Part shown: positions 16,701-27,900 of the stretch, piece by piece
Layout: each line of letters begins with the position of its first letter
How positions within the stretch are numbered: position 1 is the stretch's first letter
Source of the DNA: Pseudomonadota bacterium
GTDB taxonomy: Bacteria; Myxococcota_A; UBA9042; GCA-2863065
DNA length: 57,976 nt
Direction of reading: 5' to 3'
NCBI GenBank assembly: GCA_947498315.1
Contig: CANMLD010000005.1
Coordinates: 1-57,976, forward strand
Made by a program: the position numbers and the translations under genes
The notes under the pieces: generated by a model
Told to the model about the DNA's origin: nothing
Databases searched by the model: none
The model's input: only the letters and a program-made list of their open reading frames with translations

Positions 16701-19700
16701 GCCGAGGTAGCAACTGTCGACTTCGGTCTTGTCCGAGAGCCCGTCGCCGTCGGTGTCGAACTTAGTGGGGTCCGTCTCCGTCCCCGTCAAGATGCCGTCC
16801 TGGCTTTTGTCCTCGTCGCCGTCGAGGAGCCCGTCGCCGTCGGTGTCTGCGACGACGGGATTGGACCCGAGCAGGAGCTCCGCCACGTCCGGCAGGCCGT
16901 CGCTATCGTCATCGGTGTCGACACAGCCCACATCGCCATCTCCGTCGATGTCTGTGAGCTCGGCGATGTCCGGCTTATCGCCTTTGATGAGCGGGTCTTT
17001 GCCACACAACGTCTCGCTCAGGTCGGGTACGCCATCGCCGTCATCGTCGGTGTCAACCGTGTTGCAGGTGCCGTCTTTGTCCGTGTCGACGGGTGCACTC
17101 GCTGCCGACGTCGGACTCGTACCGCAGAGGCTCTCTAGAACATCGGGCCACCCGTCGCCGTCATCATCGGTCTCGAGCGCATCGCACTGCCCATCGGCGT
17201 CGGCATCGTTGGGCTTCGAGGTCGGCTTGCCTGGATCGGTGCCGCACTCGCCTTCGAGCTGATTGGACCAGCCGTCGCCATCGAAGTCCGCGTCCGGATC
17301 GCGCGAGTCACACAGCCCATCGCCATCGGCGTCAGCCGGGGTGTCCGTCTCATCTTTCGCCAACGTGCCACAGAGCTCTTCGACGAGATCAAGCGCGCCG
17401 TCGCCGTCGTCATCGTCATCGATGACGTCGCAGGCGGTGTCGCTGTCCGTATCCACTGGCTTGGACGCGGCGGAGCCCGGCGCCGTTCCGCACTGAGCCT
17501 CGGCGCCGTCGGTCCAGCCGTCTCCGTCGTCGTCGCTGTCGACTTTGTCGCAGAGAAGATCGTCATCTCCGTCGAGCCCAAGGGCCGTCGGGTTGTCCGC
17601 GACGTCCACCGGCGACGTGCCGCATTGCACCTCGAGAACGTCAGGCCAGAGGTCGCCGTCGGTGTCGTCGTCGAGGAGGTCACAGAGCCCGTCGAGATCG
17701 GTGTCGATGGGCGAGTCGGTCTCGTCGCTCGAGTCGGTCTTGCACAGGAGCTCTTGTTCATCGAGCCAGCCGTCATCGTCGTCGTCAGGATCGACGGAGT
17801 CGCAGAGCGTATCGCCGTCGACATTGAGACCCGAGTCGTCCGGGTTGTCGGCCGCGTTGGCGACAGAGGTCCCGCACGCGATCTCGAGGGCGTTGCTCCA
17901 CCCATCGCCGTCTCGATCGGAGTCCCGCGTGTCGCAGGTGCCATCTTGGTCAGTATCGAATCCAGGCTGAATCGGGGTACTGCCGGCCGAGACTGGAGAC
18001 GCGCCACAGTCGTTCTCGAGGGCATCGTCGAAGCCATCCCCGTCATCGTCGGGGTCGACCGCGTCGCACTGATCGTCGCTATCGAGATCGGGAGGCGTCG
18101 CGCCGTCGTCATCGGGATCCGAGCCGCAGATGATCTCTTCGGTGTCGTTGCTCCCATCCCCGTCGTCGTCGACGTCGATGCAGTTCGCGAGCCCATCGTC
18201 ATCGAGATCGGCGGCCTGCTCCGGCGCCGGCTTGCTCGACGACACCGCGGGTTTGGAGTTGCACTGCAGCTCGAGCGCGTTCGGGACGCCGTCGTCATCG
18301 AAGTCAGCAGCCGCGCACAGGCTCGATGCGATGCAGTCGATGTCCAGGCAGTCCGCTTTGCCGTCGGCGTCGTTGTCGAGGGTGTCACTGCACTGCTGCT
18401 CGATGGTCCCACACTCGGCCGACACCGCGTCGAACACTCCGTCGCAGTCGCCATCGACCCCAGCGACGGCGCATTGAATCGGACCGCCCGGATAGATGTC
18501 GTCATTGTTCTTGGCCGTAAGGGGTTGAAGGACACAGGTGCTGAGCTCGATGGTGTCCAAGACCCCGTCTTGGTCATCATCGACGTCGACACAGTTCGGC
18601 TGCGGGTCGCCGTCGGTGTTGGCGATGGCGTCAGCGCCGGGCAAGCTGCCTGCGTTCGCTGGATCGGTCCCGCAGGTCAATTCGAGCTGCGTCGAGACGC
18701 CGTCCGAGTCGAAGTCGAGCACGGTACACGCGGCGTTCGCGATGCAGTCGACGTCTGCACAGTCAGTCTTCCCGTCGCCATCTTCATCGGCGCCGCCGGT
18801 ACACACCTCGGCGCAACGAAGCGTGAGCTTACCTTGAGCGCTACCAGCGCCGGCACAAGCAGCCACGTCGTCTACGGTCACGAAGAGCACTTCGCCGGCC
18901 CCGAGGGTCAACTGGCGATCCCCCGGCGCTGCACACGTGGTGGTCAAGTTCGCGGTGGTCGCGCCGGTGCAGTCGACGGGTGAGCACGTCACTCGAGAGA
19001 AGAAGGCGCCATACTGAACGCGCCCGAGGTTCTGAAGCTCGACGCGATAGTTGCCCGCCGTGGGCGCGACGAAGCGATAGACCGCGTCGGCGCCATCGCC
19101 ACACGCGATGTCGTCGACCCCCGGATCGACGGTGATGGTCTGGCCGCAGCCGAGCGTCGTCGGCGCTGCGCACGTCTCACCCGCACACACCGTCTGAAGA
19201 GCACATGCCGAATCGAGGCAGTCGGGAGTCCCGTCGCAGTCGTCGTCGAGGCCGTTGTCGCACGCGCCGCCCGAGGTCGTCTCTACGCCGCCGGGCTTCA
19301 CGAACGCGAGGGTGTCATCGCAGTCGGTAGCAGGCTGGCCTCCGAAGAGCGAGCAGGTGCTCACGAGGAGGCCGCCCTTCACGCCGAAGCCGTCGCCGTC
19401 CGCGTCGATGCAACCGTCTTGGCAATCCGCGACGTTGTCATCGTCGGTGTCGGTTGCACAGTCCGCAGCACAGGTCGGGACTAGCGGCGCACAGTCACGC
19501 GCATCACATCGACCATCGGAGTCGAGGTCAGAGAGGAGCTCGTCAGTGCTGCCGTCACAGTCGTCATCAATCGCGTCGCAGGTGCGTTCGGCACAGGTGC
19601 CGGCCTGAAACGGCGAGCCGTAGTGGCTGCCGGAGTTGGCGTAAGAGCTGGTCGTGGCTGCCAGGCACCAGTCGGTCGCGGCGTTGTTGCCGCTCCCTGA

Positions 19701-21914
19701 CGGTGCGGCTGCAGTGATGAGGAAGGAGCGGCCGACGCCGCCAGTCGTCGCGTTTTGCAGTTCGCAAGCAAAAGACCTGCTGTCAACGCCATCGACGAGC
19801 TGCCCCCCTTGTTCCAGAGCCATCAACTCACCACCTGCAGCGAACTGAAGGCCAGTGCAGGCGAGCGTCGGCGAGAGGCCGTCCGCAGTAGCGACGCTGC
19901 CGAGCGCGACGACGGCGCGGCCGCCAGGCGGGATCGTCACGAGGCCGGTTATGACGCAGTCATCGCCGAAGTCGAGCCGCCCTGATTGAAGCTGAAGCGA
20001 GATGCCGCCCTTCGACACGTCGATAGTGGTCTGGCTTCGATTCAAGAGCTCGAACCACTGCTCGCCACTGGCGGTCGGGCTGAAGCGCGAGATATGAAGC
20101 TCAGTCATGACGAGTGCGCCCGACTCGAGGTTGCACGAGCCGCTACAGCCGTCTCCGGGCACTTTTGCCCCATCGTCGCAGGCTTCGTCGCCAGTTCGTT
20201 GTCCGTCGCCACACACGGCGCAAGCGGGTTCGTCAGCGTCGTCGATCGCATCGCAATCTTGATCGCCCGCGAGGCCACACTGTTCGGCCGCGCCGGGATT
20301 GGCGACGCTGGAGTCGTCGTCACAGTCGGCATCGAGGAAACCACAACCGGATCGGAACGCGGACGAGAAGGCCACGTCACCGTAGCCGTCGGTGTCGCCA
20401 TCGATGCAGGTGTCGCAGGTTGCGGCTGAGTTCTCGGCGAGCCCATCCCCATCGACGTCACTGATCACGGCGAGCGAGAGGATCTCGACCCCTTGGTTGG
20501 CGTTGCTGAGCGCGTTGACCGTGTCGTAGAAGAGGCCGACCTGGTGCACACCGGTCGGCAAGGCCACGCTGAGCTGCATGATCGCGGCGGTCGGGACGTT
20601 CACCGACGCGATGACCCCCGGTTTGCCGACCCGACAGTTCGCAGGGGAGCTATCGAGACAAACGCCAAACACGTCCTGGCCTGGGACGCCGTCGCCGGAG
20701 AGGCGATAGGTCGCGACGAGGCGCGGTGCCGCCATAGTCGTCGGCACGGTAACGAGGCGCTCGACGACGAACCATCCACCATTGGGTGCAGCGGTGGCGA
20801 TGCTGGCGGCGTCCACGGCGAAGCCGCCGATGCCCGTGCTGACGGGTTCATGTGTGAAGCCAGCGGGGTTGCCCGGCCCGTGACTGAACGCCGTCGTCGT
20901 GAAGCCACTCGCGCCTTGGTCGAAGGAGAGTCCCGTCAAGCACGCACTACATTCGACCCGAGCGGTGCAAACCGGATCGGCGCAGTCGACCTTGCCGTCG
21001 CCGTTATCATCCTTTCCATTCGCACAGTCCTCGAGCCCACAGTCCCCTTCGTCGAAGCCGTCCACGAGGCCGTCGCAGTCCTCATCGCCGACGCTCCCAC
21101 AGACCTCTGCCGCGTCCGGGCTCACAGCGTCGTTCCCGTCGTCACAGTCGAGGAGGCATCCGGGGCCCGGGCTCACGCTCTGCGCATAGCCGTCGCCGTC
21201 CACGTCCCAGCAGACGTCGCACCCCACGACGTCGCCGTCTGGGATGGCGTCACCGTCGATGTCAGAGAAGAGGCGTAGGTGTTCGACGCCGACGCCGAAG
21301 CCACCACCGCCGCTGCCGTTCGTGCTGAAGTCGAGCGTAATGGTGAAGGTCGGGCCAGCCACGCCGGAGAGGTCGACGAAGATGTGATCGTTCGTGCCGT
21401 CGTAGAAACCGGGGGCGGTGTGGACGACACTGCCGGAGTTGGTGGTCGTGCTGTACTTGACCGACGCGGGACTGCAGGCCGGATCGTTGACGCAGACTCG
21501 GAATCGGTCCTCGCTGCCCAGCGTGGACGCCGCCCGACGGTAGACCACTTCGAGCGTCGGCTGCGGCATCGCCGTCGGCAGGGCGTACGCGCGCGTGATG
21601 GCTGCCGCCTGAGCGCTCATCGGCACGCCAGCGGGCCCGCCAGTTCGAAGTCTCGAGCCATCGAGGGCCCAGAGGCCGCCCGTTGGCGCGAAGCCATTGA
21701 ACCCCGAATCGAACGCGGTCGAGACGCCGCAGAGATCGGTACAAGCCGGGTCCGAGGCACAGGCGCCGTCGGCGCAGTCCGCTCCGCTCGATCCGTCATC
21801 GTCCAGGCCATTGGCGCAGTCTTCGGCAGCGCCTGCGGGCCCGGAGATGGCTAGGGTGGCGACGACGAGGCTAGCGAAGAGAGGGCCCTTGGTCAGGCTA
21901 TCTACCGACTTCAT
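13710..21914 (-). CDS. Giant (about 2734 aa) surface protein 2: signal peptide, Cys-rich/jelly-roll modules, lamin-tail domain, TSP3-like stalk, internal MYXO-CTERM-like signal, TraB-like barrel, TSP3 repeats, OmpA
   Basis: ATG 21914 overlaps the upstream stop (ATGA). EDCANGxDDD repeats; MTELH...EQWFELLN (LTD); many DxDxDGxxD repeats; FRCD...LLALVALSLLLRRRR; C-terminal GHAS...NYDLSLRRA...GFGE...NRRVEF. Confidence 0.9.
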   Translation of the reverse strand: MKSVDSLTKGPLFASLVVATLAISGPAGAAEDCANGLDDDGSSGADCADGACASDPACTDLCGVSTAFDSGFNGFAPTGGLWALDGSRLRTGGPAGVPMSAQAAAITRAYALPTAMPQPTLEVVYRRAASTLGSEDRFRVCVNDPACSPASVKYSTTTNSGSVVHTAPGFYDGTNDHIFVDLSGVAGPTFTITLDFSTNGSGGGGFGVGVEHLRLFSDIDGDAIPDGDVVGCDVCWDVDGDGYAQSVSPGPGCLLDCDDGNDAVSPDAAEVCGSVGDEDCDGLVDGFDEGDCGLEDCANGKDDNGDGKVDCADPVCTARVECSACLTGLSFDQGASGFTTTAFSHGPGNPAGFTHEPVSTGIGGFAVDAASIATAAPNGGWFVVERLVTVPTTMAAPRLVATYRLSGDGVPGQDVFGVCLDSSPANCRVGKPGVIASVNVPTAAIMQLSVALPTGVHQVGLFYDTVNALSNANQGVEILSLAVISDVDGDGLAENSAATCDTCIDGDTDGYGDVAFSSAFRSGCGFLDADCDDDSSVANPGAAEQCGLAGDQDCDAIDDADEPACAVCGDGQRTGDEACDDGAKVPGDGCSGSCNLESGALVMTELHISRFSPTASGEQWFELLNRSQTTIDVSKGGISLQLQSGRLDFGDDCVITGLVTIPPGGRAVVALGSVATADGLSPTLACTGLQFAAGGELMALEQGGQLVDGVDSRSFACELQNATTGGVGRSFLITAAAPSGSGNNAATDWCLAATTSSYANSGSHYGSPFQAGTCAERTCDAIDDDCDGSTDELLSDLDSDGRCDARDCAPLVPTCAADCATDTDDDNVADCQDGCIDADGDGFGVKGGLLVSTCSLFGGQPATDCDDTLAFVKPGGVETTSGGACDNGLDDDCDGTPDCLDSACALQTVCAGETCAAPTTLGCGQTITVDPGVDDIACGDGADAVYRFVAPTAGNYRVELQNLGRVQYGAFFSRVTCSPVDCTGATTANLTTTCAAPGDRQLTLGAGEVLFVTVDDVAACAGAGSAQGKLTLRCAEVCTGGADEDGDGKTDCADVDCIANAACTVLDFDSDGVSTQLELTCGTDPANAGSLPGADAIANTDGDPQPNCVDVDDDQDGVLDTIELSTCVLQPLTAKNNDDIYPGGPIQCAVAGVDGDCDGVFDAVSAECGTIEQQCSDTLDNDADGKADCLDIDCIASSLCAAADFDDDGVPNALELQCNSKPAVSSSKPAPEQAADLDDDGLANCIDVDDDGDGSNDTEEIICGSDPDDDGATPPDLDSDDQCDAVDPDDDGDGFDDALENDCGASPVSAGSTPIQPGFDTDQDGTCDTRDSDRDGDGWSNALEIACGTSVANAADNPDDSGLNVDGDTLCDSVDPDDDDDGWLDEQELLCKTDSSDETDSPIDTDLDGLCDLLDDDTDGDLWPDVLEVQCGTSPVDVADNPTALGLDGDDDLLCDKVDSDDDGDGWTDGAEAQCGTAPGSAASKPVDTDSDTACDVIDDDDDGDGALDLVEELCGTLAKDETDTPADADGDGLCDSRDPDADFDGDGWSNQLEGECGTDPGKPTSKPNDADADGQCDALETDDDGDGWPDVLESLCGTSPTSAASAPVDTDKDGTCNTVDTDDDGDGVPDLSETLCGKDPLIKGDKPDIAELTDIDGDGDVGCVDTDDDSDGLPDVAELLLGSNPVVADTDGDGLLDGDEDKSQDGILTGTETDPTKFDTDGDGLSDKTEVDSCYLGDGVATACQGSDPTKSDTDGDGLSDAIEDRDRDGRADSDETNPLRKDTDGDDSDDGVERQCGTDPTDATSTPVDKDGSGKCDGAEVDSDGDGIADGVEALCGTAPLDASDSPSLDELVDTDSDDLLDCADDDDDSDGVLDVSEAVCGTNPLSKDDTPPAQGVVDTDGDSLLDCADLDDDGDGLSDDAEDTFGTDPLDADTDDDGLADGLEVSATRTSPTVADTDGDGVGDGTEVGETVGTSDTDAGAFIPDADPKATTDPKNADTDDDGLTDGGEDKDGNGRVDAGESDPLDPQDGRLDTDGDGLPDIVETDPCKGATADERDCTSISPTDPTRADTDGDGISDKLELDVHGTDPTKFDTDGGGVGDGDELDNDTDPKVTDDDFSKAIVSGDNVFRCDLASGTGARGRTGLGVALLALVALSLLLRRRRFSTARHAGTLLVVAFCLPDAASAQQAVGNVNIENFWPAGGRFRSFSVEQSLVAPKWQPYGHLRFHGERQSLRLVVGSNEQSIVDFQSIADVNLGIGLWDVLQLDVGLPLILTTGSGDGVTAIAPLTGAGLGDLSVRLRGTIVDNRVGGFGLGLLLGMTAPTGDGEKFMGDPGFGVLAGLITDYRSERVALALNVGTRIRTEEVSFLGRDFGHELTYGLGLDVAAIVGRIDLGFEIFGRTPLLDPFSSVEDTTLELLAGPKWWIVDGLGLEVAVGAGLIEGYGAPDFRFTAGLMWAPSHDDSDGDGILDTEDDCRLSAEDKDGFGDDDGCPELDNDSDNLLDVADKCPLDPEDNNGIDDDDGCPDGDIDGDRIADARDLCPNDREDLDAYEDQDGCPELDNDHDGILDSADACTEKPETVNGFEDRDGCPDEVTVAVAKTIVQCRLQLGRAYFERARDLLSAESQSTLNDVADAIAAYQVNNETPLLHVFVSGHASVEGTDAQNYDLSLRRALQVYEFLVNKGISASLLERRGFGEAKPLVDSDAPAALKQNRRVEFEVEFGGPCSKVR

Positions 21915-24900
21915 CGGACACCCCCACCCTGGTCGCATCGTCCACCGAACGTCAACTTTACCTCCACGCGCCGCGAAGCGCCTTCATCGGACAGGATCTC
22001 CTGATCGCCGAAACCGCGGGCCGGCGAGATGACCCGCGGTAGACCACGCGAAACGAGCGCGTCTCGCACGGCGCGAGCTCGTCTCAGCGAGAGTGCCAGC
22101 GTGTCGACAGACTCACCCTCATTGACGGTGTGGCCGTTGACGCTGACCTCCACGACGGGAGGCGCATCGGCCACCGCCATACGCTCCTTGATCTTGCCTG
22201 CGACGACACCGATGACGTTTCGTGCCTCGGCGTCGATGCTCCAGGACAGGCGGTCGAACACGACCCTCTCAGCGATCGCGAAGCCACACGGATCGTCGGC
22301 CGCCTCGGGCGGCGGTGCGCCGCCGGACCCTGCGATCTCGTCGGGGCAACCGTCGCGAACAGCCGCGGTCTCCGGCTCTGCCACCACGGGACACTGGTCA
22401 GTGCCATCGAGGACGCCGTCTCCATCATTGTCAGCCTCTGGACAGCCGTCGTCGTCTTGGTAGCCATCGGGATCTTCGGGCGCATCTGGGCAGCGGTCGA
22501 CGACGTCGAGTTTGCCATCGCCATCGACGTCGCTGTCCGGGCAGCCGTCGTCGTCCTTCAGTCCGTTCATGTCCTCAGCTCGCTGTGGGCACTGATCGTC
22601 GGCATCGGCCACGCCGTCGCCATCATTGTCGGCTTCCGGGCAGCCATCGAGGTCGGCATAGCCGTCCTTGTCTTCCGCCTCGAGCGGGCACACATCGATG
22701 GCGTCATCGATGCCGTCGCCGTCACCGTCTGATTCGCGGGGCGCCCATGAGACACCCGTCAGAAAGCGAAAGGCTGGCGTCCCGACACCCTGCACGAGCC
22801 CCACTGCGGCGCCGGCTTCGATAGCCAGGTTCGGGACGACCCACCAGCGAACACCGAACATCCCCTCGAGCCCGCTGCTTTCCTGGCTAGAGAAGGGATC
22901 TTCGAGCGGGGTCTTTCCGAAGACCTCGAAGCCGAGATGCACATGAGAAGGCCACGCTCCAACGTCGACGCCGAGCCCATACGTGAGCTCGTGGCTGTAG
23001 GTGCCGTTTAGAAAGGTGGCTTCTGCCGATCGAATTCGCGTCCCAACGTTGAGCGCGAGCGTCGCGTACGTGGAACGGAGCTCATTGATGATGGCGAGAT
23101 GCACACCGACGCCGGGATCGCCACGAAAGCGGTCTTCGTCGCCGGTCGGAAAGCTCAGGCCGAGAGAGAACGCCAAGCCGTAACCGCCATCGGTGCTGTC
23201 CACAGCCGCCCCCTTGAGGCGCATCACGAGATCACCGAGCCCTGCCCCATCCGTGCGAGCGATCGGCGCGATGGCAGTGACGTCCGGGGCAGACGACATC
23301 TCGAGCGCTAGCGGCAGGCCAATGTCGAGCTGCATGAACCCGAAGAGTCCAATGCCGAGGTTGATGTCGGCGTACGTCGCCGTGTCGACAAGGACCTCGG
23401 TGCGGTTGCCCGTCGAGACCTGAAAGCTCTCGCGTTCACCGTGGAAGAGGACGTGCGCGTATGGCTGCCACTTTGGCCCTGAGGGCGCCTCCTCCACGGT
23501 AAAGATGCGGTAGCGCCCGCCGACCGGGCTGAAGTTCTCGACGTTCATCGCGCCGGTCGCCTGAGCCCGCGCGTTTGGTGCGAAGCCGCCCACGACCCCT
23601 ACCGTCAGCGCGAGTCCAGCTTTGCGGGACCGACGCCAGAACATCGCCGCCGCGAATAGGCCAAACGCCAGGAGCCCACCAATGGGGAGGTCGCCCGTAT
23701 CGGTCGTCGTGCACCCGAAGACGTTGTCGCCGATGACCTTGGACGGGGAGAAGTCGTCGGACGCCACGTTCGGATCGGTCCCGTTCTCAACCTCTGGCCC
23801 GTCGAGGATGCCGCCATCGTCGGTGTCGGTGTCGTTCGGGTCGCTACCATAGACATCGACTTCGAGCTTGTCGTTCAGGCCGTCGTCGTCGCTGTCCGTG
23901 TCATTTGGATCGGTCGGGTTGGGTTGACCGTTTCGGGTCCCTGCGAGCTCCTCCCTATCGATGAGCCCGTCGGCGTCGGTATCGAGCAGGCCGTCACCCG
24001 CATCGAGAGGGTTCCCTTCACCGGGGTCGACTCTGCCGTTGTGACGATTGGCGGGCTCACACGCGGCAGCGCCGGGCGCATCAGCGGAGCAGGCGTCCTC
24101 CACGCCGTCGGTGAGGCCATCACCATCGGTGTCGGGATTCTTCGGATCGGACACGCTCGTCGGATCCGCGTCGGCGATGAAACCCTCGCCCGTGAACGAC
24201 GTCCCTGCCGTCACCCCGAGCTCAGTCCCGTCTTGAACGCCGTCGCCGTCGGTGTCAGCGGTGTTTGGATCGGTCGTCGTCCGTTCGACTTCGTCACCGT
24301 CGGCGAGCCCGTCGTCATCGCTATCGGCGTCTTTGGGGTCGGTCTCCCACAGCGCCTCGGCGTCAGCGTCGAGCCCGTCACCATCTTGGTCCGGATCGGC
24401 GCAATCGAGCACGCCGTCGTCGTCCGTATCGAGTGTGTCATCGGGCGTGGGCGTCGATACCGGCAGGAGAGGGTCAGTCCCGCACTCGAGCTCGTCCTCG
24501 TCACTCACCAGGTCACCGTCGTCGTCCGCGTCGGCGCAGTCGATAGCGTCGTCGATGTCGGAGTCCTCGAGGCTTGCAAGAGAAGGAACCGACGTGAACT
24601 TCTTCGGATCGGTCCCGCAGAGCTGCTCCACGCCATCCGCCACGCCGTCTCCGTCGGTGTCGGCTTCGGCGCCATCGCAGATCCCGCTTTGGTCCTTGTC
24701 GACTGGGTTCGATGACGGGTCCGTCGGCGATGTGCCGCAGAGCGTCTCCTCTCCGTCGTCATCGCCATCGCCGTCGGTGTCCGAGACGGTCGGGTTGGTC
24801 TCGCCCTCGCTCGTCTCTCCGTCACCGTCAGCGTCCTCGAGCCCGTCCTGAAGGCCGTCGCCGTCGGTGTCCGCGGCGGTCCCGAGGGTCGCTTCGCATG

Positions 24901-27900
24901 GGTCGGCGTAGCAGCTGCTCGCTTCGAGCCCATCAGAGAGCCCGTCGCCGTCGCTGTCCTTGATGATGGCGCTCGTCTCGCTCAGATCTTTGACACCGTC
25001 ACGGTTGGCGTTCTCGACACCGTCAGCGAGCCCGTCGCCATCGGTGTCCGAGAGCTTCGTCGAGGATCCGTACGCGACCTCGGCGGTGTCGAGGACGTCG
25101 TCGTCGTCGTCGTCCTCATCGACACAGTCAAGGGCCAGGTCGCCGTCGGTGTCGACAAGGTCCGCTTCGAAGGGCCGATCCGTACTCAACTTGGGGTTGG
25201 TCCCGCACGCGAGCTCGTCGAGGTCCACGGCCCCGTCGCCGTCGTCATCGAGGTCGAGTGGGTCGCACGCATCGTCGCTGTCGACGTCGGCCGGCACGCT
25301 GCCCGATGCGAGCGGGAGCGTGCCACACGCGACCTCATCGAGATCGCTCCAACTGTCGCCATCGTCATCGAGATCGAGGGCGTCGCAGCTCAGGTCCGAG
25401 TCCGTGTCTACCGGAGTGGACGAGTCCTTCTTCGCGTCCGTCCCGCAAGCGAGCTCGTCTTGGTTACTCCAACCATCGCCGTCGACGTCCCCATCGGGGT
25501 CGAGCGGATCGCAGAGGCCGTCCACGTCCGCGTCCGCTGGGATCGAGGTGAGGTCGAGCGGGTCCGTGCCGCAGAGGAGCTCGGTCGTGTCGTAGGCGCC
25601 GTCGTCATCGTCGTCGTCGTCCCGTAGGTCGCAGAGGCGGTCGCCGTCAGTGTCCGTCGGGACCTCGCCCGGCTCGCGTGGGTCCGTGGCGCATTCGCCT
25701 TCGGCCACGTCAGACCAACCGTCCCCGTCGTCATCCGCATCGACCTTGTCACAGAGCTTGTCGCCATCGGTATCGGCGCCGCTCAGTGTGGGGTTCGAGC
25801 TCGCGAGCAGTGGGCTCGTGCTGCACTGAACCTCGAGCGCGTCCGGCCATCCGTCGTCGTCCGTGTCGATGTCGAAGAGGTCGCAGGTCCCGTCTTGATC
25901 GATGTCCGACGGGAACTTGTCTCCGTCGTTGCCCGGCGTGAGGCACAGGGCCTCCTCGTCGTCATTCCATCCGTCACCGTCGTCATCGCTATCGAGCGCG
26001 TCGCAAAGCCCGTCACTGTCGCCGTCGAGGCCATCCGCCGGTGGGCTGGACTCGTCATCCGCCGGATCGCTACCGCAGGTCTCTTCAACGTCGTTCTCCC
26101 AACCATCCTGGTCGATGTCGAGGTCACGAGCGTCACAGGTGCCGTCGCTATCGAGATCGAAGGCCGGCGACGTGGGGGTCTCGGTGGCTGAGAGCGTGTT
26201 CGTCGCGCAGTTCACCTCGAGCAGGTCCGGAGCGCCGTCGTCGTCGTCATCCGGGTCGACGGCATCACATTGGCCGTCGCCGTCCGTGTCGGTCGGCTTC
26301 TGTGACGCTACGATGGGGCTAGAACCGCAGGCGAGCTCGACGAGGTCGAAGGCGCCGTCGCCATCGTCATCCTGGTCGGCGCAGTTCGGCACCTCGTCGC
26401 CATCCGTGTCGGCTGCTTCCGCTGGGCTAGGCTCTTGGAGCGGGTTCTGAGGGCTGATGCCACAGGCGAGCTCGAAGCCGTTGGAGACGCCATCGCCATC
26501 GAAGTCGAGCGACTTGCAGGCGCCCGACCCGAGACAATCCGTATCGAGACAGTCGATGGTCCCGTCAGCGTCGTCATCCTTCTCGTTCGCGCACTGCGAC
26601 TCTTGAGAGCCACACGCCGCTTCGAGTGCGTCGATGGCGCCGTTGCAATCCGCGTCGACGCCCGCGGCGCCACACTGCCTCGGCGCCCCAGGATAGACCG
26701 TCGCGTCAGCTTGCGCACCGGGGGCACATCCGGCCTCTTGTGCGTCCGTCCTCGGATCGTTGTCGTCGTTCGGGTCGACGCAGCTCAGGAAGGCGTCGTT
26801 GTCCGGGTTGGCGACGTCCGCGGCCGATGGCGTGCTGAAGGGCGACGTCGGCGAGGTCCCACAGATGATCTCTGCCCCATTGGTGGCGAGGTCACCGTCG
26901 AGGTCCTGGTTTGCACACGCCGCGTTGGCGACGCAGTCCGAGTCGGCGCAATCCTTGAGACCGTCGACGTCTTCGTCGATCCCGCCCGTGCAGAGCTCGC
27001 CGCACTGGAGCCTAACGCGGACCGGGGCCGCACCACTGCCGGCACACGCCGCGACCTGATCGACGACGGCGAAATAGGTCGTCCCGACCGTCACTGGGAA
27101 GCTCGAAGCGCCCCCAACTTGGCAGGAGGTCTCGACCGTCGTGGTGGAAGCGCCGCACGCGAGGTCGGTGCACGTCGTCGATTGGACCGCCGCCCGATAT
27201 TGCTGTGCCCCGAGGTTGTCGATGCGCAGCGTGACGCTCCCCGTCGAGGGCGCCGTGAACGCGAAGAGCGCGTCCGCACCAGCGCCACAGGTGAAGTCAT
27301 TGCTCTCCGGCTCGAGAGTGACGTCGCCGCCACACGCGATGACGCGCGGGGATCCGCACGCTTCGCCAGCGCAGGCCGGCGTGGTTCGGCAGTCGGTGTC
27401 AGTGCATTCGGGCTTGGCGTCACAGTCGTCGTCGACCCCGTTCAGGCACACGGCGGCACCGGGGCCTTCGGTCTTGCCGGGGTTCACGAAGTTGAGCGTG
27501 TCCTCGCAGTCGGCGCCGAGGCAGGAGGAGACCGCGAGACCGCCCTTCACGCCATAACCATCGGCATCGGCGTCGAGGCAGCCGTCTTTGCAGTCGGGCG
27601 TGCCGTCGGTGTCGGTGTCGGTCACGCAATCCGTCGTGCAGGTCGCCGCGACGGGATCGCAATCCTGCTGATTGCAGCGCCCATCACCGTCGCCATCGGC
27701 GAGCAGCTCATCGGTGGTGCCATCACAGTCGTCGTCGAGTCCGTCGCACGCCCGCTCGGCACACGTCGCCGCCGAGCCCGGTGTGCCGAAGTGTTTGCCC
27801 GACGTCGCGTAGCTCGCGGTCGCTGCCGCCATGCACCAGGCAGTGGCGCCGGACAGGTCCACACCTGGGTTCGAACGCTGCAGTGAACGCCCGGTTCCAA

